DNA of 64,000 bases from an uncultured Bacteroidales bacterium (GCA_947625885.1 CANQQA010000008.1:12492-76491); one strand, 5' to 3'. Shown: positions 27,985 to 37,941, counted from the stretch's first letter. Notes: generated from the letters alone by a model not told the origin. A program made the numbers and translations.

Positions 27985-29472
27985 ATGAAAAAAATCGTAT
28001 TGCTGCTATGCGCTTTTTTAGGCGGCGCGGCAGTCCTGCGGGCACAGGCGATACGCCCCCTGCCCGACGACATCTACCAAGATATTCCTTTTGAAATGCA
28101 GGCGGTTGCGCTGCCGACGTTTCCCGACTATCGGGTGAGCATCGTCGATTTCGGCGCGACAGCGGGCGCCGGCACCCTCAACACGCAGGCTATCGACGCG
28201 GCGATACGCCACGTAAACGGCAAAGGAGGCGGCACGGTGGTGATTCCGGCTGGACTGTGGATTACGGGACCCATCGAGCTGCGGAGCAACGTGCGGCTCC
28301 ACACCGAAGCCAACGCCTTCGTGCTGTTCACCGACGACCACACGCAATACCCGCTGCTGCCCAACGACAACAGCATGGACAACCGCAAGATACACGCCAC
28401 CTCGCCCATTTATGCCAACGGCGCACACGACATCGCCATTACGGGGAAGGGCGTGTTCGACGGCAACGGCAACACGTGGCGCATGGTGAGGCGCAGCAAA
28501 CTCACGGAAAGCCAATGGAAGCAGCTCGTCGCTTCGGGCGGCGTGCTCAGCAGCGACGGCGACACGTGGTACCCCAATGCCGCAGCCGCCACCGAAGAGG
28601 GCGAAGGTCGCCCCAACATGGTGCGGCTGTTCGAATGCAAACGGGTGGTGCTGCAAGATGCCGTTTTCCGCAATTCGCCGGCATGGTGCATTCACCCGCT
28701 GCATTGTGAAGACCTTGTGATACAAGGCGTTTCGGTCATCAACCCGTGGTACGCCCAAAACGGCGACGCGCTCGACGTAGAGTCGTGCGACCGCGTAATC
28801 GTCTGCGGCTGTTCGTTCGACGCCGGCGACGATGCCATCTGCATCAAATCGGGCAAAGATGCCGCCGGACGCCGCAGAGGGTGGCCGTGCCAAAACGTCG
28901 TAGCGCGCGACAACACGGTGTATCACGGACACGGCGGCTTCGTGGTGGGCAGCGAAATGTCGGGCGACGTGCGCAACGTGGTCATCGACCGCTGCACGTT
29001 CATCGGCACCGACGTGGGTCTGCGCTTCAAGAGCACGCGCGGCAGAGGCGGCACGGTGGAAAACATCTACTGCCGCCGCATCAATATGTTCGACATCGCC
29101 AACGAAAACATACTTTTCGACCTCTATTACGCCACGAAAGAGGCGGACTCGCCGCGACCCGCCGCCGTAGATGAAGGCACGCCGGTATTCCGGAATATCC
29201 ATATCAGCGACATCACGGGCATCGGCGGGAAAAAAGCCGTCTATTTCAACGGCCTGCCTGAAATGCCGATACAGGACATCGAGCTGCGAAACATCTCTCT
29301 TGCCGACACCGACAAGGGCGTCATCATACGGCAGGCGGAAAACGTCGTGCTCGAAAACGTCGCCGTCGCACCCCGCGACCAACGACCCTACGTGTTGCAA
29401 AACGTGAAAAACGTACGCCTCAACGGGCGCACGATTCCCGCCGTCGAAAAATCCAAAACGTTCGAACGGTAG
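27985..29472 (+). CDS. Glycoside hydrolase family 28 (polygalacturonase-type), secreted
   Basis: Signal peptide MKKIVLLLCAFLGGAAVLRAQ. GH28 motifs NGDALD, GDDAICIKSG, GHGGFVVGSE, GLRFKS. Confidence 0.85.
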   Translation: MKKIVLLLCAFLGGAAVLRAQAIRPLPDDIYQDIPFEMQAVALPTFPDYRVSIVDFGATAGAGTLNTQAIDAAIRHVNGKGGGTVVIPAGLWITGPIELRSNVRLHTEANAFVLFTDDHTQYPLLPNDNSMDNRKIHATSPIYANGAHDIAITGKGVFDGNGNTWRMVRRSKLTESQWKQLVASGGVLSSDGDTWYPNAAAATEEGEGRPNMVRLFECKRVVLQDAVFRNSPAWCIHPLHCEDLVIQGVSVINPWYAQNGDALDVESCDRVIVCGCSFDAGDDAICIKSGKDAAGRRRGWPCQNVVARDNTVYHGHGGFVVGSEMSGDVRNVVIDRCTFIGTDVGLRFKSTRGRGGTVENIYCRRINMFDIANENILFDLYYATKEADSPRPAAVDEGTPVFRNIHISDITGIGGKKAVYFNGLPEMPIQDIELRNISLADTDKGVIIRQAENVVLENVAVAPRDQRPYVLQNVKNVRLNGRTIPAVEKSKTFER

Positions 29473-29492
29473 CAACTGCCTGTACACATCAC

Positions 29493-29525
29493 ACGCTCAG
29501 CCTTGACTCAGGGCTGGGCGTTTTT
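29493..29525 (+). terminator. Terminator after the GH28 gene
   Basis: CGCTCAGCC ... GGCTGGGCG stem (one G.U pair) followed by TTTTT. Confidence 0.5.
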
Positions 29526-30095
29526 CATTTATAAGCCTAACCGGCAAATAAAATAAACCTTTTTTTGCTAACATCAAAATATTTCGTATATTTACCGCCG
29601 ACTTCCACCATCTCAAAACTTTGCCGGCGACGCCGGAGAAATCCGCCCGATACTTTCAAAGTTGCGAGTACCTGCGCCGAAGCCGCATGACGAATCCCGT
29701 CCCAACGGGAAACGGCATGACGACGGTTTGTGGTGGGAACGGAAGTCGCTATATTGAAAAAGCGTTTATCATGCGCTTTTGTTCCTGATCGCTTGAAATT
29801 CTCGCAAAGTTTCAATTCTAAGTAGGAACATGGCAACGATAGATGCTCATGGGATTGTTTTTACTGACCTTCCCCGAAACATATACACACTATTGTGCAT
29901 ACGGGAAAGAGATGTATAGACCATCGGCGTGGGTTCTGCGTTGCTCGTTCGACTTAGAAAGGCAATGCGAGAAGCCTCAAGCGATGGAACGGGCACAAGG
30001 TCAGATTTCCACGCTTTTTTTGTATAGATCAAGTGCTTATTTTATTTACGTCCTGCCGGGAAATCAAGGACAGAAAATTCACATTACATTATGTT

Positions 30096-31160
30096 ATGAA
30101 AAGACGAATTTTTACGGTTGCAATGGCAGCTATTTCGCTCCTTGCGGCAAAAGCGCAAAACAACGAATTACCTATGGCTACCCTGCAACACGGCGAGCAA
30201 ACCATGGTATTCATCGGGGTAGATGCTTTCAAAAACGCATACGATGCAGCTGCCGACTCCGGCGATGTGATAACCCTGTCGTCGGGACTATTCAACTCTA
30301 TCCTCATTTCAAAATCAATATCCGTCTATGGAGCCGGATTTGAAGACGACGAAGCCACCGGTACCAAAGCGACAATCATAGACGGATATATCGGTCTAAA
30401 AAATGAAGAAATTGCAACAGAAGACGGCGACGGAAATATCACTAAAAACATACGCAAACCGAACAAATGCCGGTTTGAAGGAATTGCCTTTGTTGTTAAT
30501 TATAGTCCTGATAAGACATTCCGAATAGATTCGGACATGAGTGATATAATCTTTTCCAAATGTATGTTTAACAATATAATCATTTACAACGATATTAAAC
30601 ATCTAATGGTTAATCAATGTGTTGGTAATAATATTTCAGGATATTATACTCCCGTAGTTAAAAGCCTTTATGTTGTAAACTCCCATTTGTATGAAATCGC
30701 CGGATATAGTTTAGATAAAACAAGTGCCATTAAAATAGACCATTGCATTATTTCTCACAACGGTACCCCAAGCGGTATTGGATTTTACAGCAATAACATT
30801 CTTTATTCCAGTCTTCACAGCGGTGCAATGGCTGAAAACAATATCTTCGTCGGTCTCAACTCTTCCGTCGGCATGGGTGTTCAAGATATGGGCAACAATT
30901 GGACAGGCGTTGCCGACGCCGACGTTTGGGCGGAAGAAAATGCCGACGGTAGTTATGCCGAAGACAAAACTTTCGAACTGAAATACCCCGAAAAATACGT
31001 AGGAACGGACGGTACGCAGATAGGGCTGCACGGCGGACTCTATCCGTGGAACAAAATACCCGGTACTCCCCGAATCGTGGAAAGCAATATCGACACCAAG
31101 ACCTCGGCAGAGGGTAAACTCAAAGTGAGCATCAAAGTAGAAGCACAAACGAAAGAATAA
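30096..31160 (+). CDS. Secreted hypothetical protein, beta-helix-like repeats
   Basis: Start trimmed to MKRRIFTVAMAAISLLAAKAQ (signal peptide). Repetitive hydrophobic/Asn-rich strands (IIFSKCMFNNIIIYN, LMVNQCVGNNISG, IDHCIISHNG). Confidence 0.6.
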   Translation: MKRRIFTVAMAAISLLAAKAQNNELPMATLQHGEQTMVFIGVDAFKNAYDAAADSGDVITLSSGLFNSILISKSISVYGAGFEDDEATGTKATIIDGYIGLKNEEIATEDGDGNITKNIRKPNKCRFEGIAFVVNYSPDKTFRIDSDMSDIIFSKCMFNNIIIYNDIKHLMVNQCVGNNISGYYTPVVKSLYVVNSHLYEIAGYSLDKTSAIKIDHCIISHNGTPSGIGFYSNNILYSSLHSGAMAENNIFVGLNSSVGMGVQDMGNNWTGVADADVWAEENADGSYAEDKTFELKYPEKYVGTDGTQIGLHGGLYPWNKIPGTPRIVESNIDTKTSAEGKLKVSIKVEAQTKE

Positions 31161-31164
31161 CGAT

Positions 31165-32461
31165 ATGAAGATACAGAACATCATCATGTCGGTGGTCGGA
31201 TTGCTGACGGCAGTACTGCCCGTATCGGCTCAGAAAGTCGTTTTGCAAAAGGGCGAATACTGGCTCGACGGCGATTTCGACAACCGGACAAGCATTGCGC
31301 TTACAGACAAATGGGAAACCGAGCTCGACGTATCGTCCCTCTGCGAAGGAATACACACGTTGGGATTCCGCGCCTCCGACAGCGAGGGTCGATGGAGTTC
31401 GCCGAACGTACATTATTTCTTGCGAAGCGGACGCACGATCGAGGGCAACCAGCCGGCAAGTTACGAATTGTGGATAGACGACGATTTCGACCATCGTACC
31501 ACCGGAGTGCTTACCGACGGAACGGCAGACATGGAACTCGACCTTGCCCGACTGCACACGGGATTGCACCGCCTTACACTTCGCGTGAAAGACACACAAG
31601 GTCTATGGAGTACACCTATGGTAAGATTTTTCGCCGTACCCGACACGCTGCCCGCCGAGAACGCTATCGGAGGGTACAGTTATTGGTTCAATCGCGGACC
31701 CCGCATTCGTATAACGACAGCGCCAGCCAATCCGCTGGAAATCGTCGATTTGACAGTTGAGATAAAAGATGTCGTACCCAACGAGATTCCTGCCGATTAC
31801 CGATTCGACGTCGGCACGAAAACCGTTTATTGCAACGACAACGTATTTTTCGGCATAGAGGCTTATGACCTCGCGGGACGTTCCACCCAAGCGGTATTGT
31901 CGGATACGTTCCCGATGACCGTACCCGTCCGCATCGACTTCCGCGAACTCGAAAACGGCCACCCCCGCAATCTTCGACGCTCCGCAAGCCGGACACATCG
32001 GCGGCTTCTTCATGCAAGCCGTTGCCGGAGATACCTTGATATGGACGGTAAACAACGACTGCGCCGTCGATTTTTATACGGAAAAGGGCGAGCGAATAAA
32101 TGCGGAAAAGCAAACGGACACAGAAGGTCTGATAACATATCGAATGAATGTAGAGAGCAAAACGACTTATGCCCTCGTGCATCACGCCCAAATGATTCCT
32201 GCTAAAATGGAAATCTGCTGCACCCGAACAATTCCTACGTCGGCTATCGCCGAACATACGGAAGGTTTCGCCTATCATGCCGACAAAACGGGTCTGACCG
32301 TCGAAACGACCGACGGTGGTATATTGTGCATCGTCGGTACGACCGGCATCACGATGTATCAGAACAATCTGCCTGCCGGCTCTACACGCATAAACCTGCC
32401 CTCCAGCATCTATCTGCTGTTGTGGAACGGCTCGCCTGTCGGCAAAATACTCGTGCCTTGA
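31165..32461 (+). pseudogene. Secreted repeat protein with a T9SS-type C-terminal domain, interrupted by a +1 frameshift
   Basis: Signal peptide MKIQNIIMSVVGLLTAVLPVSAQ; two ~60-aa W(L/I)D.DFD.RT modules plus a weaker third. Frame 1 degenerates after ...ELENGHP, and frame 2 continues AIFDAPQAGH...LLLWNGSPVGKILVP. The shift is at the C5 run 31962-31966. Confidence 0.7.
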
Positions 32462-32565
32462 TACGTGAGATTTCTATTTCCGAACAAGGGAAAACAAAAA
32501 AAGAAAGGCGCGGAACAGTTCCGCGCCTTTCTTTTTTCTTCTTGCTTTCACAACGGAATTACGCA

Positions 32566-33147
32566 TTACCGCAGGTGGAGGAGTTTGTGGGTTTGGAGGG
32601 AGAGCGTCCAGCAGGGGTGCGCCTCGACGTAGGCAATCGCGGCGGCGAGGAGTTCGGCATTGCGCGCCGCATCGCTGCAATCGCAGGGTTGCAGGGAATA
32701 GACTTTCGCCGCGATGCTGTCGTACGGCTCCATAGGCTGCCCGCAATAAACGACTTTCAATTCATCGACGGATTGCAGGCGGAGCGGTGCATCGGGGCAA
32801 AAATCGAATTTCGGGGAGCAGGTGTACCAATCGACGGCAAGAGCGTCGGCAGCAGGTACGGTGCCGTTGGTTTCGACCTGTACGAATTTGCCGGCACGGT
32901 GCAGGCGCTCCACGAGCGAGGGCGTGAGCTGGAGCATCGGCTCTCCGCCGGTAACGACCACATGACGCGCAGGGTACGGGGCAATCGCCTGCATGATGTC
33001 CTCCTCCGAGAGTTCGCGGAAAGCGCGATGGTCGGTGTCGCAGAAGCTGCACCGCAGGTTGCACCCTGCCAAGCGAATGAAAATGGCGGGCGTGCCGGTG
33101 AAGTGCCCTTCGCCTTGCAGCGAATAGAAAATTTCGTTTACTCTCAT
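32566..33147 (-). CDS. queE: 7-carboxy-7-deazaguanine synthase (radical SAM)
   Basis: MRVNEIFYSLQGEGHFTGTPAIFIRLAGCNLRCSFCDT with a CxxxCxxC cluster. Confidence 0.88.
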   Translation of the reverse strand: MRVNEIFYSLQGEGHFTGTPAIFIRLAGCNLRCSFCDTDHRAFRELSEEDIMQAIAPYPARHVVVTGGEPMLQLTPSLVERLHRAGKFVQVETNGTVPAADALAVDWYTCSPKFDFCPDAPLRLQSVDELKVVYCGQPMEPYDSIAAKVYSLQPCDCSDAARNAELLAAAIAYVEAHPCWTLSLQTHKLLHLR

Positions 33148-33503
33148 AGGGCGTCGTCTTCGCCACCGGCGGAGTCAGCTACATAGAGGGCGGTGTTGTT
33201 TTCGCTCTCCTGCACCTTACATTTGTAACACTCGGGTATGCGTTCGACGACCCAGCGGGCAATGTTCTCGGCGGTGGGGTTGAACGGCAGCAGCTCGTTG
33301 AGGTTACCGTGGTCGAGGTAGCCGTGTATCTGCTCCTTGATGTGGGTGAAATCGCACACCATGCCGTCGGCATTGAGCGTTTCCGACTTGCAATATACGG
33401 TAACAATCTAGTTGTGCCCGTGCAGGCTTTCGCACTTGCTTTCGTAAGAGAGGGTCAGGCTGTGCGAGCCCGCTATTTCCATGCGTTTCGAGATATAGAA
33501 CAT
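33144..33503 (-). pseudogene. queD: 6-carboxytetrahydropterin synthase QueD with an in-frame TAG
   Basis: MFYISKRMEIAGSHSLTLSYESKCESLHGHN-[TAG 33410-33408]-IVTVYCKSETLNADGMVCDFTHIKE... Both parts are in the same frame; 4-nt overlap with queE. Confidence 0.8.
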
Positions 33504-33695
33504 CGGTATTCGTTTTTTGTCGCTTTCGTTACCGGAAACTCCCGCGTAACAAACAGGCACACAAAAGTAACAATTTCTTGCATACGGGCGTGCTTTTTTC
33601 AAACAGATTCGATGCGGAGTGTAAAAATTCGGGAAAGAGATTCTGCGAATTTGCTTGCGCGGAATCGAATATGAATTAATTTTGCAGCGGAAAAT

Positions 33696-34937
33696 TTGTA
33701 TGACACCATGACCGGAAAAAATGCAGCTTCCGAAACGAAAGAGCCCATCGCCGCCCGCCCTTCCGAGCGCCTTTGGAACAAGGAATACATCAAGGTGATG
33801 ACGGGAAATTTCCTGCTGTTTTTCTCGTTCTATATCCTCACTCCGCTCCTGCCGCTCTACCTCAACTCCCAGTTTACGGCAAACAAAGACATGATAGGCT
33901 TCGTGCTGTCGGGCTACGTGGTCGCCGCGCTCGTGGTGCGCCCGTTCAGCGGATTCATCGTCGATACGTTCGACCGGCGGAAGGTGCTGATGCTTTGCTT
34001 TTTCTGTTTCTTCATCTGCTTTGCGGGGTATCTCGGGGCAGCGTCGATACTGATGTTCGCCATCGTGCGCACCCTGCACGGGCTGCCGTTCGGCGCCACT
34101 ACGGTGGCAAACAGCACGGTGGCGATAGACGTGCTGCCTTCGTCGCGCCGCAACGAAGGGGTGGGCTATTACGGACTGAGCAACAACCTCGCCATGGCTA
34201 TCGCCCCTACGGTGGGCATCTACCTCTACTCCGTAACCGACAACTTCCGGCTGCTTTTCTGGCTGTCGCTCGTCGTGGCTTTCTTCGGTTTCATTACCGT
34301 ATCGACCATAAAAACCCGCCCCCGCGAACGCGTGGCGGAGAAACCGAAACTGAGCCTCGACCACTTCTTCCTCGCACGGGGGTGGCTGCCGGCGGTGAAC
34401 ATCATGCTGTTCGGCTTGTGCTGGGGCGTGCTGAGCAACTACGTGGCGATATACAGCAAAGAGAAATTGGGCATCACCGACGGCACGGGACTGTTTTTCG
34501 CCATCATCGCGACGGGGCTTTTCGTCTCGCGCCTGACGGGCGCCCGCTCGCTGCGGAAAGGACGACTTACGGAAAACGCCCTGCAAGGGACGATACTTTC
34601 GTCGGTGGGGCTGACGCTGTTCGCATGGTCGCCCGGCATGTGGGCTTACTACGTGTCGCCGCTGCTGCTGGGACTGGGCAACGGACGTATGTATCCGGCT
34701 TTTCTGAATATGTTTATCAACATGGCGCGCAACGACCAGCGGGGCACGGCAAACTCCACCATACTCACGTCGTGGGACTTGGGCATGGGCATAGGCATAC
34801 TGCTCGGCGGCGTCTTGGCGGAATATTTCGACTACACGGTGGCGTTTTGGTTCACCGCCGCCACGCAAGTGGCAGGGACGCTGCTGTTGCTGCTGTTCAC
34901 GCGCAGCTTCTTCCTGCGCCGCAAGCTGCACGACTGA
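33696..34937 (+). CDS. MFS transporter
   Basis: 12-TM-like hydrophobic pattern; DTFDRRKVL loop motif between TM2 and TM3. The long ORFs on other frames and strands here are shadows. Confidence 0.8.
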   Translation: MYDTMTGKNAASETKEPIAARPSERLWNKEYIKVMTGNFLLFFSFYILTPLLPLYLNSQFTANKDMIGFVLSGYVVAALVVRPFSGFIVDTFDRRKVLMLCFFCFFICFAGYLGAASILMFAIVRTLHGLPFGATTVANSTVAIDVLPSSRRNEGVGYYGLSNNLAMAIAPTVGIYLYSVTDNFRLLFWLSLVVAFFGFITVSTIKTRPRERVAEKPKLSLDHFFLARGWLPAVNIMLFGLCWGVLSNYVAIYSKEKLGITDGTGLFFAIIATGLFVSRLTGARSLRKGRLTENALQGTILSSVGLTLFAWSPGMWAYYVSPLLLGLGNGRMYPAFLNMFINMARNDQRGTANSTILTSWDLGMGIGILLGGVLAEYFDYTVAFWFTAATQVAGTLLLLLFTRSFFLRRKLHD

Positions 34938-34969
34938 ATCGAGGAATAACCCAATAAAAACATATCGAC

Positions 34970-35584
34970 ATGAAAGTAGTTTTGATAAACGGAAGTCCGC
35001 ACGAAAAGGGGTGCACCTACACGGCGCTGGCAGAAGTCGCCGCCGCACTGAACAAGAACGGCATCGACACCGAAATATGCTCTATCGGCACCAAGCCTGT
35101 GCGGGGCTGCATAGCCTGCGGCAGGTGTTGCGAACTCGGACGATGCGCTTTCGACGACGACCCTGCCAACGAGATATTGAAACGTCTGCGGCAAGCCGAC
35201 GGCATGGTGGTAGGCTCGCCCGTATATTACGGCGGACCGAACGGCGCGCTGTGCGCCCTCTTAGACCGCATATTCTACGCAGGCGGCGACGCGCTGCAAT
35301 TCAAGCCTGCCGCAGCCGTGGTAAGCGCACGCCGCAGCGGCACGACGGCGACATTCGATCGGCTGAACAAATATTTCACGATAAACCGCATGCCGGTGGT
35401 GTCGTCGCAATACTGGAACGCCGTGCACGGTCTCACGCCCGCCGATGTGTTGAAAGACAAGGAGGGATTGCAGACCATGCGCACGCTGGGCAACAACATG
35501 GCGTGGCTGCTGAAAAGCATTGCCGCAGGCAGACAGCAACTCCCCGAAATCGAAGACCGCACTCCGACCAACTTTATCCGATAA
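34970..35584 (+). CDS. Flavodoxin-like fold NAD(P)H-dependent FMN reductase / iron-sulfur flavoprotein family
   Basis: MKVVLINGSPHEKGCT...VRGCIACGRCCELGRC...GSPVYYGGPNG. Confidence 0.7.
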   Translation: MKVVLINGSPHEKGCTYTALAEVAAALNKNGIDTEICSIGTKPVRGCIACGRCCELGRCAFDDDPANEILKRLRQADGMVVGSPVYYGGPNGALCALLDRIFYAGGDALQFKPAAAVVSARRSGTTATFDRLNKYFTINRMPVVSSQYWNAVHGLTPADVLKDKEGLQTMRTLGNNMAWLLKSIAAGRQQLPEIEDRTPTNFIR

Positions 35585-35807
35585 TAGATTCGGTTGCGCG
35601 TCAGCATGCAAGAAAATTTTCGGCTGCGTTCGCAAAAAGCGACAGCCATGACACACTGCGTGCAAACGATATTTTCCGAGAGCGGGATTTACGATGATAC
35701 ACGAAAGAGAAAAATATTTTTGGTATCTGAAAAAAATTCCATAAATTGCGCTGTTTTTCGACCGTCGAACCGGCGTGGAAAACCCTCGCTGTCCGACACA
35801 AGAAGGA

Positions 35808-37874
35808 ATGAACATGAAAAAATTTTTCCGGCACATATTCATGAGCCGTATCGGTTGGTGCCAGTTGGCTTATTTCATCGGTGCAGTGGCTTTGGTATTG
35901 TACTTTTTCCCAAGAAAAGAAAAATCGGAATACATATTCCAAGAGGGGAAACCGTGGCGATACAACCTGCTTACCGCCGACAGGGATTTTCCCATTTACA
36001 AGGACGAAGCCCAATTCCGCCGCGAACAGGACAGCGTGCGAAAAAGCGCACTGCCGTTTTTTGAAATCGGGACGAACATCGGGGCAGAAGAAATTGAGAA
36101 TTTCAAGACCGATCACCAATATCTTTTGGAAAACAAACAGTCGGTCGGGGCTTACCGATATGCCATAAAGGCATTGAACGACGTTTACAATCAAGGTATT
36201 ATCGACATAAATACCTACAACGACCTTTCACAAAAGAGTACTCGCGGCGTACGCATCGTCAATCGCAATACACTGCGAGGCGAATACTCTATCGACAACC
36301 TGTTTACTCCGCGTTCGGCATACGAATATATCATAAGCAGGGCGGATAACAAACAGCAGGAGATTCTGAACCATTGCAACCTCAACAGCTATCTGGTGGC
36401 GAACCTTCTGTACGACAGCATAAAGTCGCAAGACGCCCTCAACATCATGCTGCAACGCATACCGCAATCGACAGGCATGGTGCAAAAGGGTGAAAAAATC
36501 ATCGGGCGAGGCGACATCGTCACGCCGCAAATTTACCTTATCCTGCAATCAATGAATCGCACGTCGCAGAAAGACAATCGGCGCAGCGACAAACAATACG
36601 AGATGTTTTCATTTGCCGGACAGGTCATTATCATACTTATACTGTTCATCTTCCTGTACCGCTACTTGGCGATATTCTACTCCCGCACGTTCTACGACTT
36701 GAAGAAGTTGGGCTTTGTGGTACTCATGGTTACAGCAACGACCGTCGTCTGCTATGTATTGTGCGACCTGTACACGACAGCGGGCATGTACGTCATGCCG
36801 TTCGCCATTCTGCCGATTACGGTCGTGGTATTTCTGAAAAAGTCGATTGCGCTGATTTCGAGCGCCATTGCGCTGCTGCTCTGCACGTTTGCCGTACCGT
36901 ATCATTTGGAGTTCATTTTCTTCCAATTAGCAGTAACGATTACAGCCATTAACAACCTGAAAGAATTGGTGCGCCGCTCGCAATTGCTGCGTTGCGTCAT
37001 CTTGATATTCCTCACCTATTCATGCACCTACACGGGTTATACGCTCATCTTCGAGGGCGCCGACAAACTCGACCCGCAAATATTCTTCTACTTTGGCATC
37101 AACTGCACGCTGTTGTTCTTTACTTATCTGTCGATATACCTGCTCGAAAAAACGTTCGGATTCATATCCACCGTAACGCTGGTGGAGCTGTCGGACATCA
37201 ACCTGCCGATATTCCGGCAGATGTCGGAAACGGCGCCGGGCACATTCCAACACTCCATACAGGTGTCGAATCTGGCAGCCGACGCCGCCAACCGCATCGG
37301 CGCGCAAGCGCAGCTCATACGCACGGGCGCCCTCTATCACGATATCGGAAAATTGGAAAATCCGGCATTTTTCACCGAGAACCAATCGGGCATCAACCCG
37401 CACGACACGCTGCCTTACGAGGAGAGCGCCCAAATCATCATCAGCCATGTAAAAAACGGTGTGAAAGGTGCCGAAAAGCTCGGACTTCCACAAATGATCA
37501 CCAACTTCATAAGCACGCACCACGGACTTGGGAAAACGCGCTATTTCTACAACAAATATGTGAATGAACACCCGAATGAGCCTGTCGATGAAGATATGTT
37601 TACCTACCCGGGACCGAATCCTTCGACGAAAGAGGAATCCCTGCTGATGATGGCAGACTCGGTGGAGGCGGCTTCGCGCAGCTTAAAAGAATATACGGAA
37701 GAAAGCATTTCAAAGCTCGTCAATGCCATCATCGACGCGCAGATAGCCGACGGGCTGCACAAAGACAGTCCTATCAGTTTCAGAGAAATTTCCGAAATAA
37801 AGGAGGCTTTCATCGAGAAACTGAAAACGGTGTATCACACGCGTATCAGCTATCCCGAACTGAAAAAGAAATGA
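35808..37874 (+). CDS. HD/HDIG-domain membrane phosphohydrolase (7TM-HD, PgpH-like)
   Basis: Extracellular N-terminal domain, seven predicted TM helices, HD domain with GALYHDIGKLENP and ISTHHG. Start ambiguous (35775, 35808 or 35814). Confidence 0.8.
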   Translation: MNMKKFFRHIFMSRIGWCQLAYFIGAVALVLYFFPRKEKSEYIFQEGKPWRYNLLTADRDFPIYKDEAQFRREQDSVRKSALPFFEIGTNIGAEEIENFKTDHQYLLENKQSVGAYRYAIKALNDVYNQGIIDINTYNDLSQKSTRGVRIVNRNTLRGEYSIDNLFTPRSAYEYIISRADNKQQEILNHCNLNSYLVANLLYDSIKSQDALNIMLQRIPQSTGMVQKGEKIIGRGDIVTPQIYLILQSMNRTSQKDNRRSDKQYEMFSFAGQVIIILILFIFLYRYLAIFYSRTFYDLKKLGFVVLMVTATTVVCYVLCDLYTTAGMYVMPFAILPITVVVFLKKSIALISSAIALLLCTFAVPYHLEFIFFQLAVTITAINNLKELVRRSQLLRCVILIFLTYSCTYTGYTLIFEGADKLDPQIFFYFGINCTLLFFTYLSIYLLEKTFGFISTVTLVELSDINLPIFRQMSETAPGTFQHSIQVSNLAADAANRIGAQAQLIRTGALYHDIGKLENPAFFTENQSGINPHDTLPYEESAQIIISHVKNGVKGAEKLGLPQMITNFISTHHGLGKTRYFYNKYVNEHPNEPVDEDMFTYPGPNPSTKEESLLMMADSVEAASRSLKEYTEESISKLVNAIIDAQIADGLHKDSPISFREISEIKEAFIEKLKTVYHTRISYPELKKK

Positions 37875-37889
37875 TTTTCATAAAAGCAT

Positions 37890-37925
37890 AAAAAGCCCTG
37901 TTTTCACATGAAAACAGGGCTTTTT
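37890..37925. terminator. Bidirectional terminator between convergent genes
   Basis: AAAAAGCCCTGTTTTC-ACAT-GAAAACAGGGCTTTTT, perfect 16-bp arms. Confidence 0.75.
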
Positions 37926-37941
37926 GCATTCATCAAACGAT

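Noticed and set aside
28018-29487. 489-aa minus-strand ORF across the GH28 gene
   Set aside because: The GH28 reading frame carries a signal peptide and all family motifs. The antisense ORF is Ala/Arg/Val/His-rich with no motifs.
29599-29748. Cobalamin riboswitch upstream of the secreted-protein genes
   Set aside because: There are some superficial resemblances (GGTGGGAA...GGAAGTC, ACCTGC). However, the B12 box GCCACTG and the GGGAA...GGTG.AA.TCC core in the correct order are absent. I could not match FMN, TPP, SAM, ZTP, THF or c-di-GMP cores either.
29537-30343. 99-aa (minus strand) and 166-aa (plus strand) ORFs in the GH28-downstream spacer as protein-coding genes
   Set aside because: Both have Cys/Arg/Tyr-rich, non-protein-like sequences with no start context or motifs. 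The 166-aa ORF overlaps the real downstream gene out of frame.
33408-35048. 546-aa minus-strand ORF and the overlapping 394-aa plus-strand ORF (33773-34957)
   Set aside because: Both overlap the MFS transporter frame, which has a clean TM pattern. The 546-aa ORF is Arg/His/Gln-rich, and only its last 31 codons are real, forming the N-terminus of queD before the TAG.
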